This document shows, piece by piece, positions 53,117-64,000 of a stretch of DNA of 64,000 nucleotides (the stretch's first letter is position 1; every line of letters begins with the position of its first letter). The stretch is from Camelus dromedarius (taxonomy: Eukaryota). The stretch lies in assembly GCF_036321535.1 (NCBI RefSeq), contig NC_087437.1, forward strand, positions 16,866,001 to 16,930,000. The letters are read 5' to 3'. The notes under the pieces were generated by a model that did no database searches, was not told where the DNA came from, and was given only the letters and a program-made list of their open reading frames with translations. The translations under genes and the position numbers were made by a program.

Positions 53117-53253
53117 AAAAATATTTGTTTGTTTGTTTTTGAGGGAGGTTGTAATTAGGTTTATTTATTTTTTTAATAGAGGTACTGGGGATTGAACCCA
53201 GGACCTTGTGCATTCCAAGCACACACTCTACCACTGAGCTATGTGCTGCCTCC
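53117..53253 (-). mobile_element. tRNA-Ala-derived SINE (long form)
   Basis: gaggtactggggattgaacccaggacc...ctctaccactgagctat; TSD tgagttaatt. Confidence 0.87.
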
Positions 53254-55619
53254 TGAGTTAATTTTTGAGTATGCTATGAGGTCAGAGTCTAAATACATCC
53301 TATCCCACCACCATTGATTGACATGACTTTCCCCGTTTGACTATCTTGGTACTTCGGTAGAAGAAAATCAAATGACCATAAATTTATGTAAGGGCTTATT
53401 CGTGGGCTCAATTATTTTCTGTTGACCTGTATGCTTATTTTACATCGGAAGCACATTTTTTCTCCTGATAGTCTCATAATGTGTATGTTGGTACATTTGA
53501 TGCTTTCTCAGAGGTCATTCAGCTCCTGTTGTTTTTTTTTTTTTTTTCTGTTCCTCAGAGTGGTTAGTTTCAGTTGTCTTGTCTTCAAGTTCTCTGAAGT
53601 TCTCTTGCTTGCTGAAATCTGCTGTTGAACGCCTCTAAGTCAGCTTTTCATTTCAGTTATTGTACTTTTCAACTGCAGAGTTTCTGCTTGATTTCTCTTT
53701 CTATTTCTATTTCTTTATTGGCATTCTCATTTTGTTCAGACATTGTTTTCCTGATTTCCTTTAGTTTTTTCCCTATGATTTCCTTTAGCTTGTTGAACAC
53801 ATTTAAGACAGTTCATATATAACATATTTGACTCATAATTCCAATGTCTGGGCTTCCCCAGGGATGGTTTTTTGTCAGATTCTTTTTTCTCCCCTGTGAC
53901 TGGGCCATACTAGCTTGTTTCTTTGTGTGTTCAGTGATTGTTTTTTGGTCAAGTACTGGAAGTTGAGTTACATTTGGTAATGTTGGAAATCTAATTCTCC
54001 CACTTCTCAGAGATTGCTGATTTTTGCTTGTTGGGGGTTGGATCTGTCTATCTATCTGTGACTTTTCCAACCTATTTTTGCAAAGCACATTCCATATTGT
54101 GTGGTCACTGAAGTTTTAGTTCCATTGTCTCTGCAGTCACCCGGTGACCTGACGAAGATTTCCTTAAATGTCTGGCTCGCAGAAGAGATGAACTGTCTCT
54201 TTAAATCCCAACTCACCTGGGAAACTGCTTGAACCTGTCAGGGTCAAAACAGTGGTCAGCCTCTGTGCTTGATCCTCAGTGATCAAAACCCTTGATCAAA
54301 ACACACAACCTTGATTTTTGCAGGACAGGCCCTTTTGCCTACCCTGACACCAGCTAGCCACACTGGAATACACGCTGCCAGTCTCTGTGGCTGCCTGCCA
54401 CAGGGTTGTAGGCTGGGGGATGTTAGCTACTATGCTAAATGTGGAAATGGATGGAAATTTACCTACTTCTTCAGGAAACTCCCCCTGGAAGCTACATGTT
54501 CCCCTAGACTCCAGAGTTCCAAAATAGTTGCTTCAGACAGTTCCTGCCAGCTCAGTAGTTGTTTTGTTGGAGCGATGGATTCTTTAGAACTTCCTGTTCC
54601 ATCATAGTGACATCACTCAACTTTTATGGTAAACACATATTTTTAATGTACCTTTGCAATTTCTGACTTTTTAAAACTGCATTTGAGATTTTTTTTAAGT
54701 GTTTACTCGAAAGGTTACAATATGTAAATTTATCAATCTACTTCAAATTAATACTGACTTAATTCTGGTAAAATATGGGAACTTTGGTCCAATATAGCTC
54801 CATTTTTATCCCGCTTTCTTTGTGCTGTTGTTGTTTCATACCTGATGTTATTATTAGCCCAGCTACAAAGTATTAGAACTTCTGCTTTATGCAGTCATGT
54901 TTTTTGACATATCAAGAAAAGAAAGAGAACTATATTTATGCAGTATTGTAGATTTAGCTACATATTTACCATTTGAGTTCTTACTTCTTGTGGATTTGAA
55001 TTACCATCTGGTGTTTTCTTTCACCCTGAAGGACATCCTGAGCTCGTGTGGGCAACAGTAGCAGCCTTAGTTATGAATGCCATTGACTCCTACTGTTCTT
55101 ATCTCATAGTTAGCAGTTTTTCATTAATAAACACTCTGCAATTTGTTAATGTTTGATCCAGTTTCAGAGCCCTGAAATGTTTGTTTTTGACAGTTTAGTC
55201 CAACTTTATAGTTGTTTTTGAAGAGAGTATTTTCTGAACTCTTTACTCTGTCATAGCTGGAAGCCTACCCCTCCACCTTGATTTTTTTTTGCAAAATGTG
55301 GACAATTTTTTTCAACTTTTAAAAATAATTGTGTTAAAATACACATAAAACTTACGAAAACATTCTTCAATGTATAGTTCAGTGGTGTTGAATACATTCA
55401 TAATTTTATGTGCCTTATCACCATTATCCATCCCCATAACTTTTTGTCTTGCAAAACTGAAACTCTATACCCATTACAAAATTACTCCGTGTTATCACCT
55501 CCCCAACCCCTAGTAACCGCCTTTCTACTTTGTCTCTATAATTTTGATCAAACACCTCACGTAAGTAAAATTGTACAATATTTGTGGTTTTGTGACTGGC
55601 TTATTTCACTTAGGATAAC

Positions 55620-56052
55620 TGTTACCGAGTCCAAACTCGTTCTGCTCACCACACGACAGGCCAGTAAATTGGGAGACAAGGTGTTGGGGCAAGGAATAGC
55701 GACTTTATTTGGAAAGCTGGCAGACCGAGAGGATGGCAGACAAATGTCTTGGAGAACCATCCTTCCCCAGTCAGAATACAGGCTCCTTTCATACAAAAAA
55801 CGGGGGTGTGGGGGTGTGGTTGGTTATTGCAAACTTCTCGGTGTAGGAATTCTTTGTTCCTGCAGCTGTCCACGTGGGCCAGGTCATGGTGCTCCTGCAA
55901 AGCCTCCAACAAAAATGTTATTCTGTATTCTGCAACTTTTTATCTTTATGGGAGTGCATAGCTAGCAAGACTAAGCCTAGAAAACAGGGCACAGTGGTTA
56001 AAGCTAAAGGAACAGATTTAATATAGAGTCAGATTTGTTCTTTTCTATTACA
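55620..56052 (-). mobile_element. ERV1-class solo LTR, 433 bp (copy B)
   Basis: TG...CA with perfect 4-bp TSD taac; same family as 19378-19913 but lacking a ~100-bp internal segment. Confidence 0.88.
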
Positions 56053-57687
56053 TAACATCTCAAGTTTCATCTGTGTTGTAGCATGTGACAGGATTTCCTT
56101 CCTTTTTAAGGCTGAGTAATATTCCATTGTGTGTACATACCACATTTTGTTTATCCATTCATCTTTTGAGGGGCATTTGGGATGAGTCCACTTTTTGGCC
56201 ATTGTGAGTAATGATGCCATGAATGTGGATTACAGATTATCTCCCTGAGACCCTGTTTTCCATTCTTTTTGGTATATCACCAGAAGTAGAATTTCTGGAT
56301 CATGTGATAATTCTATTTTTAAATTTTTGAGGACCCACCATGCTGTTTTCGATAGTGGCTGTACCATTTTACAGTTCTATCAATAGTGTACACGGGTTCC
56401 AATTTCTCCACATCGTCACCAACACTACTTGTTTTCTGTTTTTTTGATAGTAGCCATCCTAATGTGTATGATGTGGTATCTCAGTCTGGTTTTGATTTGC
56501 ATTTCCCTAATGTAAGTAATGTTGACCTGTAGGGTGAGGCTGCCTACCTCTCTAACTGCACTTCTGATCAGAATCAGCAGCTGGACCTCAGAGCATAGAT
56601 CCCTGATACTTGGGGGGCCAGTTCCTTTTTACCTACCTTTGTGTAAGCTGCTCTAGGAACACTTGCACAGCTGCATGCCTGGTGGCTGAGGGTAGGGAGT
56701 GGCTAGGGGTAGCTACTATGATGCTGAGAGCTGAAATTGAAATTAACCACAAGTTGCCGTCCAAATCTTTCCCCTGGAAGTTGCAAGCCCTTGGGAGGCT
56801 CCAGAGTTCCAAAAAGTTACATCAGACAGTGCAATTTTTGTCCAGGTGGGGAGACAGATGCCTGGTGCTTCCTACTGTGCCGTCTTCTCAGAATCCTCTC
56901 TGGAGATGCCCCTTTGTACTGTCCTGAACTATGTCCTGTGAATTATAGAAATTGGGCTTAGAGCCAGGACAGGGACATACTTCTCTTAAGCTGATGGGGC
57001 TCAGGGGAGAACAAAAGCTAGGGGTTGGGCAAGGAGTCATTGAGCTTTTTTCTTGCCTGGGCCCTCCTGCCCCCTGGGATATCTTATTTTTCCCAGAAAG
57101 TGGCCTGAGGCTTGGCCCTTCACAACACCATTGTCTCTGTGGAGCCTTTCTAGCTCCTGATACCTCCCTTTTGCCCATTGGGCCCTGTCTAGGGTGGGCA
57201 GACATTGAAGACTAGAGTAAAGTAGCACTTGCCTCTTAGCCCTGCCTTATAACTATTGGGGACCCTCTGTGGAGGGTGTGAAGGGGCGCCAAGTGGAGGT
57301 CATGGCTTCAGGATAAGTGTTGGCCCTGTACGTTCTGCCTGAGGTTTTCATGAATCCTTCCAGCCACCTTTGTGCAGACAGGGGTCCTGGCCTGAGGTGT
57401 GTTTGGAGCTTGGGTAAGAGTGGTAGAATTCTGAGTTCATGTCTTGGTCAGGGAGCTTTCAGGAAACTATTGCCTTGCCAAGGAGAGGAGAGGTTATTTG
57501 CCCCAGAAAGTAATATACCAGCCATCCCACCAGTAATGGGGAGAAATTGCATATATAATTCTGAAAGAAAGAAACTGTACAGATTAGGTCTCTTGCCTCT
57601 AGGATAGAATTTCTGTGACTGAAAGCCAAATGTACTTTTATTGTTGCCTCTGTCTTTCTGCAGATAATGCCTTGAACACCTCTGTAA

Positions 57688-57885
<198 letters not shown>

Positions 57886-58428
57886 TAATAACAATAATTC
57901 CTGACCCAGATCTGGCTTGTTATCTGTACTCTCTTTGGCTTTCATTGTGGTGATGATAAGGTCTTGATGGAGAGAATGTTTGCATGCAGTCTGTAGCTCG
58001 GGGTGGGGCAGGGCAGGGAGTGGTGCTCAGTGGGAGAATGTGCTTGTGTACTTCACTAGTGGTTGATTTTACTTGTTGATCTGAATTGCAAATGAGTTTC
58101 AGGTAATCAGAGGATTCTATTCTCTGCCCAGACAGATGATTGTTTACTACTGAATCCTATTCAAAAAGTTTCTCATGGAAAGTTTTTCTGTAATCTGCTT
58201 TATTGGGAAGTTATTTCTTATTCCCATCTTTATTTCTTCGCTGTTTGCCATTTTATTACATTTTGCCTATGATGGTGATGATAAATCTGATCTCCAACTT
58301 TACTATGAGAGGTACATATCTTTATTACATGATGTAGATGGAATGACATTTTAAAAATTATTTTTAAATGAAGCCTGTTTTAAATTATACATGGGTAATC
58401 ACCCTTAACCTGATTAAAAAAAAAATCA

Positions 58429-58578
58429 GGAGGAGGATATAGCTCAAGTTGTGGGGTGCATGCTCAGCATACATGAGGTGCTGGGTTCAATCCCCGGTAC
58501 CGGCTCCAAAAATAAATAAACCTAATTACTTCCCCCCTCAAAAAAAAAAAAAAAGCTGAAAAAAAAAAGAAAAAAAAA
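58429..58578 (+). mobile_element. tRNA-Ala-derived SINE (long form)
   Basis: ggaggatatagctcaag...ctgggttcaatccccggtac...aataaataaacctaattac plus A tail. Confidence 0.87.
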
Positions 58579-58603
58579 TTTTACAAATCAGTCTTTTAAA
58601 AAA

Positions 58604-58768
58604 ATTTTTTAAAAATATTGATTTATCATCATATTATTTAATTATTTTATTTTGGCAGGGGATGGGGAGGTAATCAGGTGTTTATTTTTCAAGGAGTTAC
58701 TGGGGGTTGAACCCAGGATCTCATGCATGCTAAGCATGTGCTCGACCACTTGAGCTACACCCACCCCC
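58604..58768 (-). mobile_element. tRNA-Ala-derived SINE (long form)
   Basis: ggggaggtaatcaggtg...ttgaacccagga...gcatgctaagcatgtgctc...gagctacaccc. Confidence 0.87.
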
Positions 58769-60863
58769 AGAAAAATCAATGTTTTCCTCTTAAAATATTT
58801 TTAGCAATAATGAGCAATAAGTGTCAAGACAGATTAGGGGGCTAAAAGGAGAGAGTCATCCAATATCAAAATGGTGTACATAGAAGTATAAAGAGGAAAC
58901 ATTTTTCTCAAGGGTAGTTTGGCAGAAGGAACTAAAATTTAGCAAAATGCTTACCCCTTGACTCAACTATTCTATTCTTAGTGACAGATTGAAAGCAACC
59001 TAAATGTTCAATGTTCAGTTTAGGATGGACTTTAAAAATAAAGGTGACCACATCTCTTAACTTCCTGCACAAAGCAGAATTCCTTGAACTTTTGCCCACT
59101 AAATCTGTATATGCCATACCCACCTGGTGCTACCCCAGTTGTCTTCCTGCCTGGTAAGAACGGAGGTGTGGGATCAATTCCTCTGGCTAAGGCCATCCTT
59201 TCTTCCTCTCCCTACAGACGTGCTGGAATTTATTCTAAACTATTTTTTCTTATTTTAAAAACATTTCCCCAGTCTTATTGAGAAATAATTGACATGTAAC
59301 ATGATGTAAGTTTAAAGGGTATATGTTGTTTGATTCTCACATTTTGCACAATGGTTAACCCCAGTAGCATTAGTTAGCTAATAACACCTCCATCACCTCA
59401 CATAATTACCATCTCTTTTTTGTGGTGAGAACATTTAAGATCTGCTCACTTAGCAGTTTTCAAGTGTATAATACAATATTGTTAACTGTAATCACCATAC
59501 TATACTTTAGATCCCCAGAACTTATTCATCTTATAACTGGAAGTTTATATCTTTTAACCAACATCTCTCTATTTTCCCCTTGCCTGCCCCATCCCGCCCC
59601 CACCCCAGTCCTTGGTGATTACCATTCTTTTTCTATGAGTTCAACTTTTTTAGATTCCACATATAAGTGAGATTGTACAGTATTTGTCTCTTTCTGTCTG
59701 ACTTATCTTCCTTAGCACATGCTAAGTGAAATGCCCTGCAGGTCCATTCATGTCACACGTGGCAGCATTTCCTTCTTTCTCATGGCTAAATAATATTCCT
59801 CTGTGTGTGTCTGTGTGTATGTCTATATTACATTTTCTTTATCACTGTGGATATCCAGTGGATAATCCTGTGTGTATATGTGTGTGTCACATTTTCTTTA
59901 TCTCCTCATCCATTGATGGACACTTAGGTTGTTTTCATATCTTGGCTATTGTGAGTAATGCAGTGAACATGGGAGTGCAGATACCGCTTTGAGGTCCTGA
60001 TTTTATTTCCCTTGTATATATACCCAGAAGTGGAATCCCACTGGATGGTAGTTCTATTTTTAATTTTTTGAGGAACCTGTATACTGTTTTCCACAGTGGC
60101 TGTATCAATTTACATTCCTACCAACGGTGCACAAGTGTTCCCTTTTCTCCACATCCTCACTAACACTTGTTTCTTTTTGATAACAGCCATTCTGACAGGT
60201 GTGAGGCTAAAAACCTCACTGTGGTTCTGATTTGCATTTCCCTGATGATGAGTGATGTTGAGCATCTTTTCATGTACCATGTGTGTGTTTTCTTTGGAAC
60301 TATGTCTATTGAGATCCCCTGCCTGCTTTTTAATCAGATTTTTTTTGATACTGAGTTGTGTGAGTTCTCTATGTATTTTGGATATTAACCCCTTATCAGA
60401 TACAGGATTTGCAGATATTTTCTCCCATTCAGTAAGTTGCCTTTTCATTTTATTGATTGTTTCTTTTGCTGTGCCGAAGCTTTTTAGTTTGATGTAGCTC
60501 CACTTATTAATTTTTCCTTTATTTCTTGTGCTTTTGGTGTCATCCATAAAATTATTGCCAAGACCAGTGTCAGGGAGTGTTTCCCATATGTTTGTTTCTA
60601 GAAGTTTACAGTTTCAGGTCTTTAAGTCTTTAATCCATTTTGAGTTAATTTCTGTGAGTAGTATAAGATATGGGTCCAATTTCATTTTTCTGCATGCAGT
60701 TATCTAGTTTTCCCACTGCCATATATCAAAGAGATTATCTTTTCCCCATTGAGTGTTCTTGGCTCCTTTGTCAAATGAGTTGATTGTATACGTGAGAGTT
60801 TGTTTCTGGGCTCTTGACTCTGTTCTGTTGGTCTGTGTTTCTCTTTTTATGCCATGACATATT

Positions 60864-61502
60864 TTTTTTAAGTATCATTTTTATTATGGATAAAACAATA
60901 GGCAAATATCATTTTAGGTCTGTTGTACAAATGTAATTTACTCATCAGTTTATTCATCCAAATACAGTCAGTACTAGAAAACCATAGATCTCCTTAAGGA
61001 GAAAAAAAGGATTCAGGAATGAAGGCAGGCTGAGAGTGTGTGTGTGTGTGCGCGTGCGTGCATGTGCATGTGTGTGTGAGACAGGGGATACGAGCACAGA
61101 ACACATAATTCTTTTACAGAACTCTCCAATCTAGTAAGTCATTCCTCCTCCCACAGAATGGAAAGAGACACTATATTGTTTCTTTATGTAAGAAAATACC
61201 AGGAATGTGGGAATGTGTTTCACCCTACAAATAGTCATAGTTAACATATATTGAGCCCTTACTATAAATCAAACACTGTTCTGTAATGTGTTCAGGTATC
61301 TTGCCCAACTTTTGTTTTTCCTTTGTTTTATAAAGGGGAGGTTTATTTATTTATTTATATTTGGAGGAAGTACTGGAGATTGAACCCAGGACCTTATATA
61401 TGCTAAACATGTTCTCTACCACTTGAGCTGGACTCTCCCCCCTTGCCCAACTTTTAAATCCCTCACTATGATTCTGTATTCCCCTCTGTAATCTACTCAC
61501 AG
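60864..61502 (-). other. Non-L1 retro-inserted sequence (processed transcript 3' end or orphan transduction)
   Basis: T-tract 60862-60869; TTTATT 60880-60885 (AATAAA on the minus strand); TSD catgacatatt / catgccatatt; L1 resumes in register. Confidence 0.65.
61314..61442 (-). mobile_element. tRNA-Ala-derived SINE
   Basis: gtactggagattgaacccaggacc; perfect TSD ttgcccaactttt. Confidence 0.87.
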
Positions 61503-62752
61503 CATGCCATATTGTTTTGGTCACTGTAGCCTTGTAGTAGTGTTTGAGATAAGACAGTGTGGTGCCTCCAGTGTTATTCTTTTTTCTCAGTATTGCTTTG
61601 GTTCTTCTGGGTCTTTCATGGTTCCATACAGATTTTAGATTTTTTCCCCCTACCTCTGTCAAAAATGCCATTGGAGTTTTGGTAGGAGTTGCATTGAATC
61701 TATAGATGGCTTTGGGTAGTATGGACATTTTAACAATATTTTTATCCATGAACTTGGGGTCTTTTCCCAGTTACCTGTGTCTTCTTCAGTGTCTTTCATC
61801 CAAGTCCTGTAGTTCTCAGAGTACAGATATTTCACCTCCTTGGTTAAATTTATACCTAAGTATTTTATTATGTTTGATGCTGTTGTGAGTGGGCTGGGGC
61901 TTTAAATTTATTTTGTAATTTTGTATATAGTGTATAGAAATGCAACTGATTTCTATATGTTGACTTTTTGTATGCTTGCTCTTTTAATTCTCTGTTTTCT
62001 TCATAATTCCATCTTACACTTGAAGAACTTTAATATATGCATATTGGCCCCACCTTCTCTTTCTTGTCTTCTGCAGCTAATCATTAAGCCTTAACTGTTC
62101 TACATCTTAAATACTCTGTGTGTTTAATGAGAGTGCAAAAAAAAATGCTAACAGATTCTTTTTTGAAAGACTAGACAAGGTAAGTATGAAGTTCATATTA
62201 GGGGAGAAACTGCTATGTAAGAATAGACATTTCATGAAGGAAGTGCAACGAGGAATTAGCCCTGCCAGATGAGAAAATATGTTATAAAGCTAAAATAACT
62301 AAAACTATTTGTTCACTTTGTAAATAAGTAGACCAGGGGAATAGAACAGAATTGAGAAGTAGATCTAAATATACTTAGATAATTAATTTATGATGAAAAG
62401 AATATTGTTCTATTTAGGGTCAATGATAACATCACTTTCTTGTATCTAAGATACCAGTGATTATTGTACACTAAATCCAGTTGGCATTTCTCAGTCCTTA
62501 TCTTACTTGACCTTCTAGCAACATTTGACCTATGTTAATCACTTCTTTTTCTTTGAAACATGAGGGTACTATATTCTCTTGGTTTTCTTCTGGCAATTCT
62601 CTCATTCCTCTAGTGAGCATATCCTATCTTAAGACATTAAACATCCATCTCTGTATATGTTGACAACTCTCAAACCTGTTTCTTTAGGATGGAACAGTCT
62701 CCTGAACACCAGGATTAAACGTTCAGTTCCCTATCAACATTTCCACTTGGAC

Positions 62753-62851
62753 TTTTTTTTTAATTGAAGTACTGTCAGTTACAATGAGTCCATTTCTGGT
62801 GTACAGCACAATGACCCAGTCATGCATATACATACATACATTCATTTTCAT
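62753..62851 (-). mobile_element. ~100-bp extreme 3' tip of a young L1
   Basis: T-tract then taattgaagtac.gtcagttacaatg, the reverse complement of the L1 end at ~39370-39395; TSD atttcca(c/g)ttggac. Confidence 0.8.
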
Positions 62852-63229
62852 ATTTCCAGTTGGACATGAATGGGTTTCTCTGACTTAATAGATTTTATCT
62901 CTAACGAGCCCCTCTCAAGCCCCTCTCAAAGTGCTCCTTATAACCTTCCCCATCTCAATCAATGGCAAGACCAGCCGTCCAGTGGCTCAGGTCAAAGACA
63001 CTGACACTATTTTGACTCATGTTTTTCTGTTCTGTTCCAAGTTTAATCAGTCAGAAATCATGTTGCTCTACTTTAGGATATAATCTAAAATATAATCAAA
63101 TTGCTGCCTACTTCTTATTGCTTACGCTGCTATTACTCCCAAGTACCCCACCTGTATTATTGCAGGGTCCTTCTAACTGGTCTTTCTGCACCTGTCTCTG
63201 CCTGCTTTCCCAGTTAAACATTTTAAACA

Positions 63230-64000
63230 TTTAAAATTTAATATAATGCATACTCAGGGAAGAACATAAAATATGTAAAGTTTAGTGGTTATTATAATGT
63301 ACAAATGCATGTAAATAACACCCAGATCAAGAAATGGCCCTCCTGGAGCCCTGCCACCATTACCCTTCCTTCCTAATCACTGTTGTGTCCATCCATCCTG
63401 CCTAGAATTATTTATTATCTCAACTTTTATGGTAGCTTTAAAATTTGCTTTGCTTTATAGTTTAAAATTTTAACTATGCCTCAATAAACAGTGTGGTTAA
63501 TGTTAATGACCTTTAATGTTAAGTGAAATCATATAATATGCATTTTGTGTGTGTGCATGGCTATGACTCATGTTTTTAAGATTTATCCTTGTTCTTTTGT
63601 AAATGTAGTTCATTTTAATAGCTGTGTAGTAAATTATTTTAATATCCTCATCCTTTCTACAGATACTTGTGTTGACAGATATTTGTGTTTCAAGATTTTG
63701 ACATTGCAAATGATGCTGTTATAAGCATTCTTACACATGTATCTGGGTGCATACATGTTGGAGTTTCTCAAGGTGGGGCAATGTTAAGTCATAGGATATA
63801 CATATCCTTAGCTTTTCTAGCTAATGCCTGTTTACTGAAGAAGTTGCAGCAATTTACATTTCTGCTAGTAGTATGTGAAAATTTCACTTGTTCTCCATCC
63901 TTGCCAGCATTTTTATTAACATAATTTAATTATGCCAGTTTGCATGTGGTGTGATCTCTCATTGTTTAATATTACATTTCCATGCCTTTTCATGTTTCTT
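63230..64000 (-). mobile_element. Old L1M 3' region, runs off the window
   Basis: cacccagatcaagaaat, aaatcatataatatgcattttgtgt, agcattcttacacatgt. Confidence 0.7.

Larger units (their letters stand above)
50990..56930 (-). mobile_element. Mosaic of nested old L1M fragments filling most of PCCB intron 5
   Basis: cagctttcttgaggtataattta, tggacatttaggttgtttc, taatttgcatttccctg, ggctgagtaatattccattg; ORF track fragments with L1 ORF2-like residues. Confidence 0.8.
59250..61975 (-). mobile_element. L1 ORF2 3' part plus 3' UTR, interrupted at 60864-61502
   Basis: ORF track INKWSYIKLKSFGTAKETINKMKRQLTEWEKI and [26 protein letters not shown]. Confidence 0.95.

Noticed and set aside
55408..55965. 185-aa ORF
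   Set aside because: Chimeric read-through of an antisense L1 3' UTR into an LTR; no coding signature

Overview
Mammalian genomic DNA, very probably a camelid, judged from about 12 copies of a tRNA-Ala-derived SINE resembling the Camelidae Vic-1 family. Two genes point away from each other about 30 kb apart. MSL2 is on the minus strand: its coding exon 1 is 11226..11085 inside a ~2.3 kb CpG island, and intron 1 runs off the left edge. PCCB (propionyl-CoA carboxylase beta) is on the plus strand: exons 1-6 lie at 41789..57828 (654 nt, 218 codons), and intron 6 runs off the right edge. The rest is mostly interspersed repeats (L1, L2/MIR, MaLR/ERVL/ERV1 LTRs, hAT MITEs, SINEs) and microsatellites. 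Repeat family names come from memory of consensus sequences and need confirmation with RepeatMasker/Dfam. I cannot support a wholly new gene system here. The most interesting signals are: (1) an MSL2 5' leader with three uORFs, a 91-codon ORF overlapping the MSL2 start, and a U-rich candidate splice acceptor, reminiscent of Drosophila msl-2 translational control; (2) an orphan polyadenylated retro-insert with target-site duplication inside an L1; (3) a candidate orthologue of the human PCCB intron-6 pseudoexon; (4) target sites reused by two retroelements, one of which forms an inverted SINE pair.
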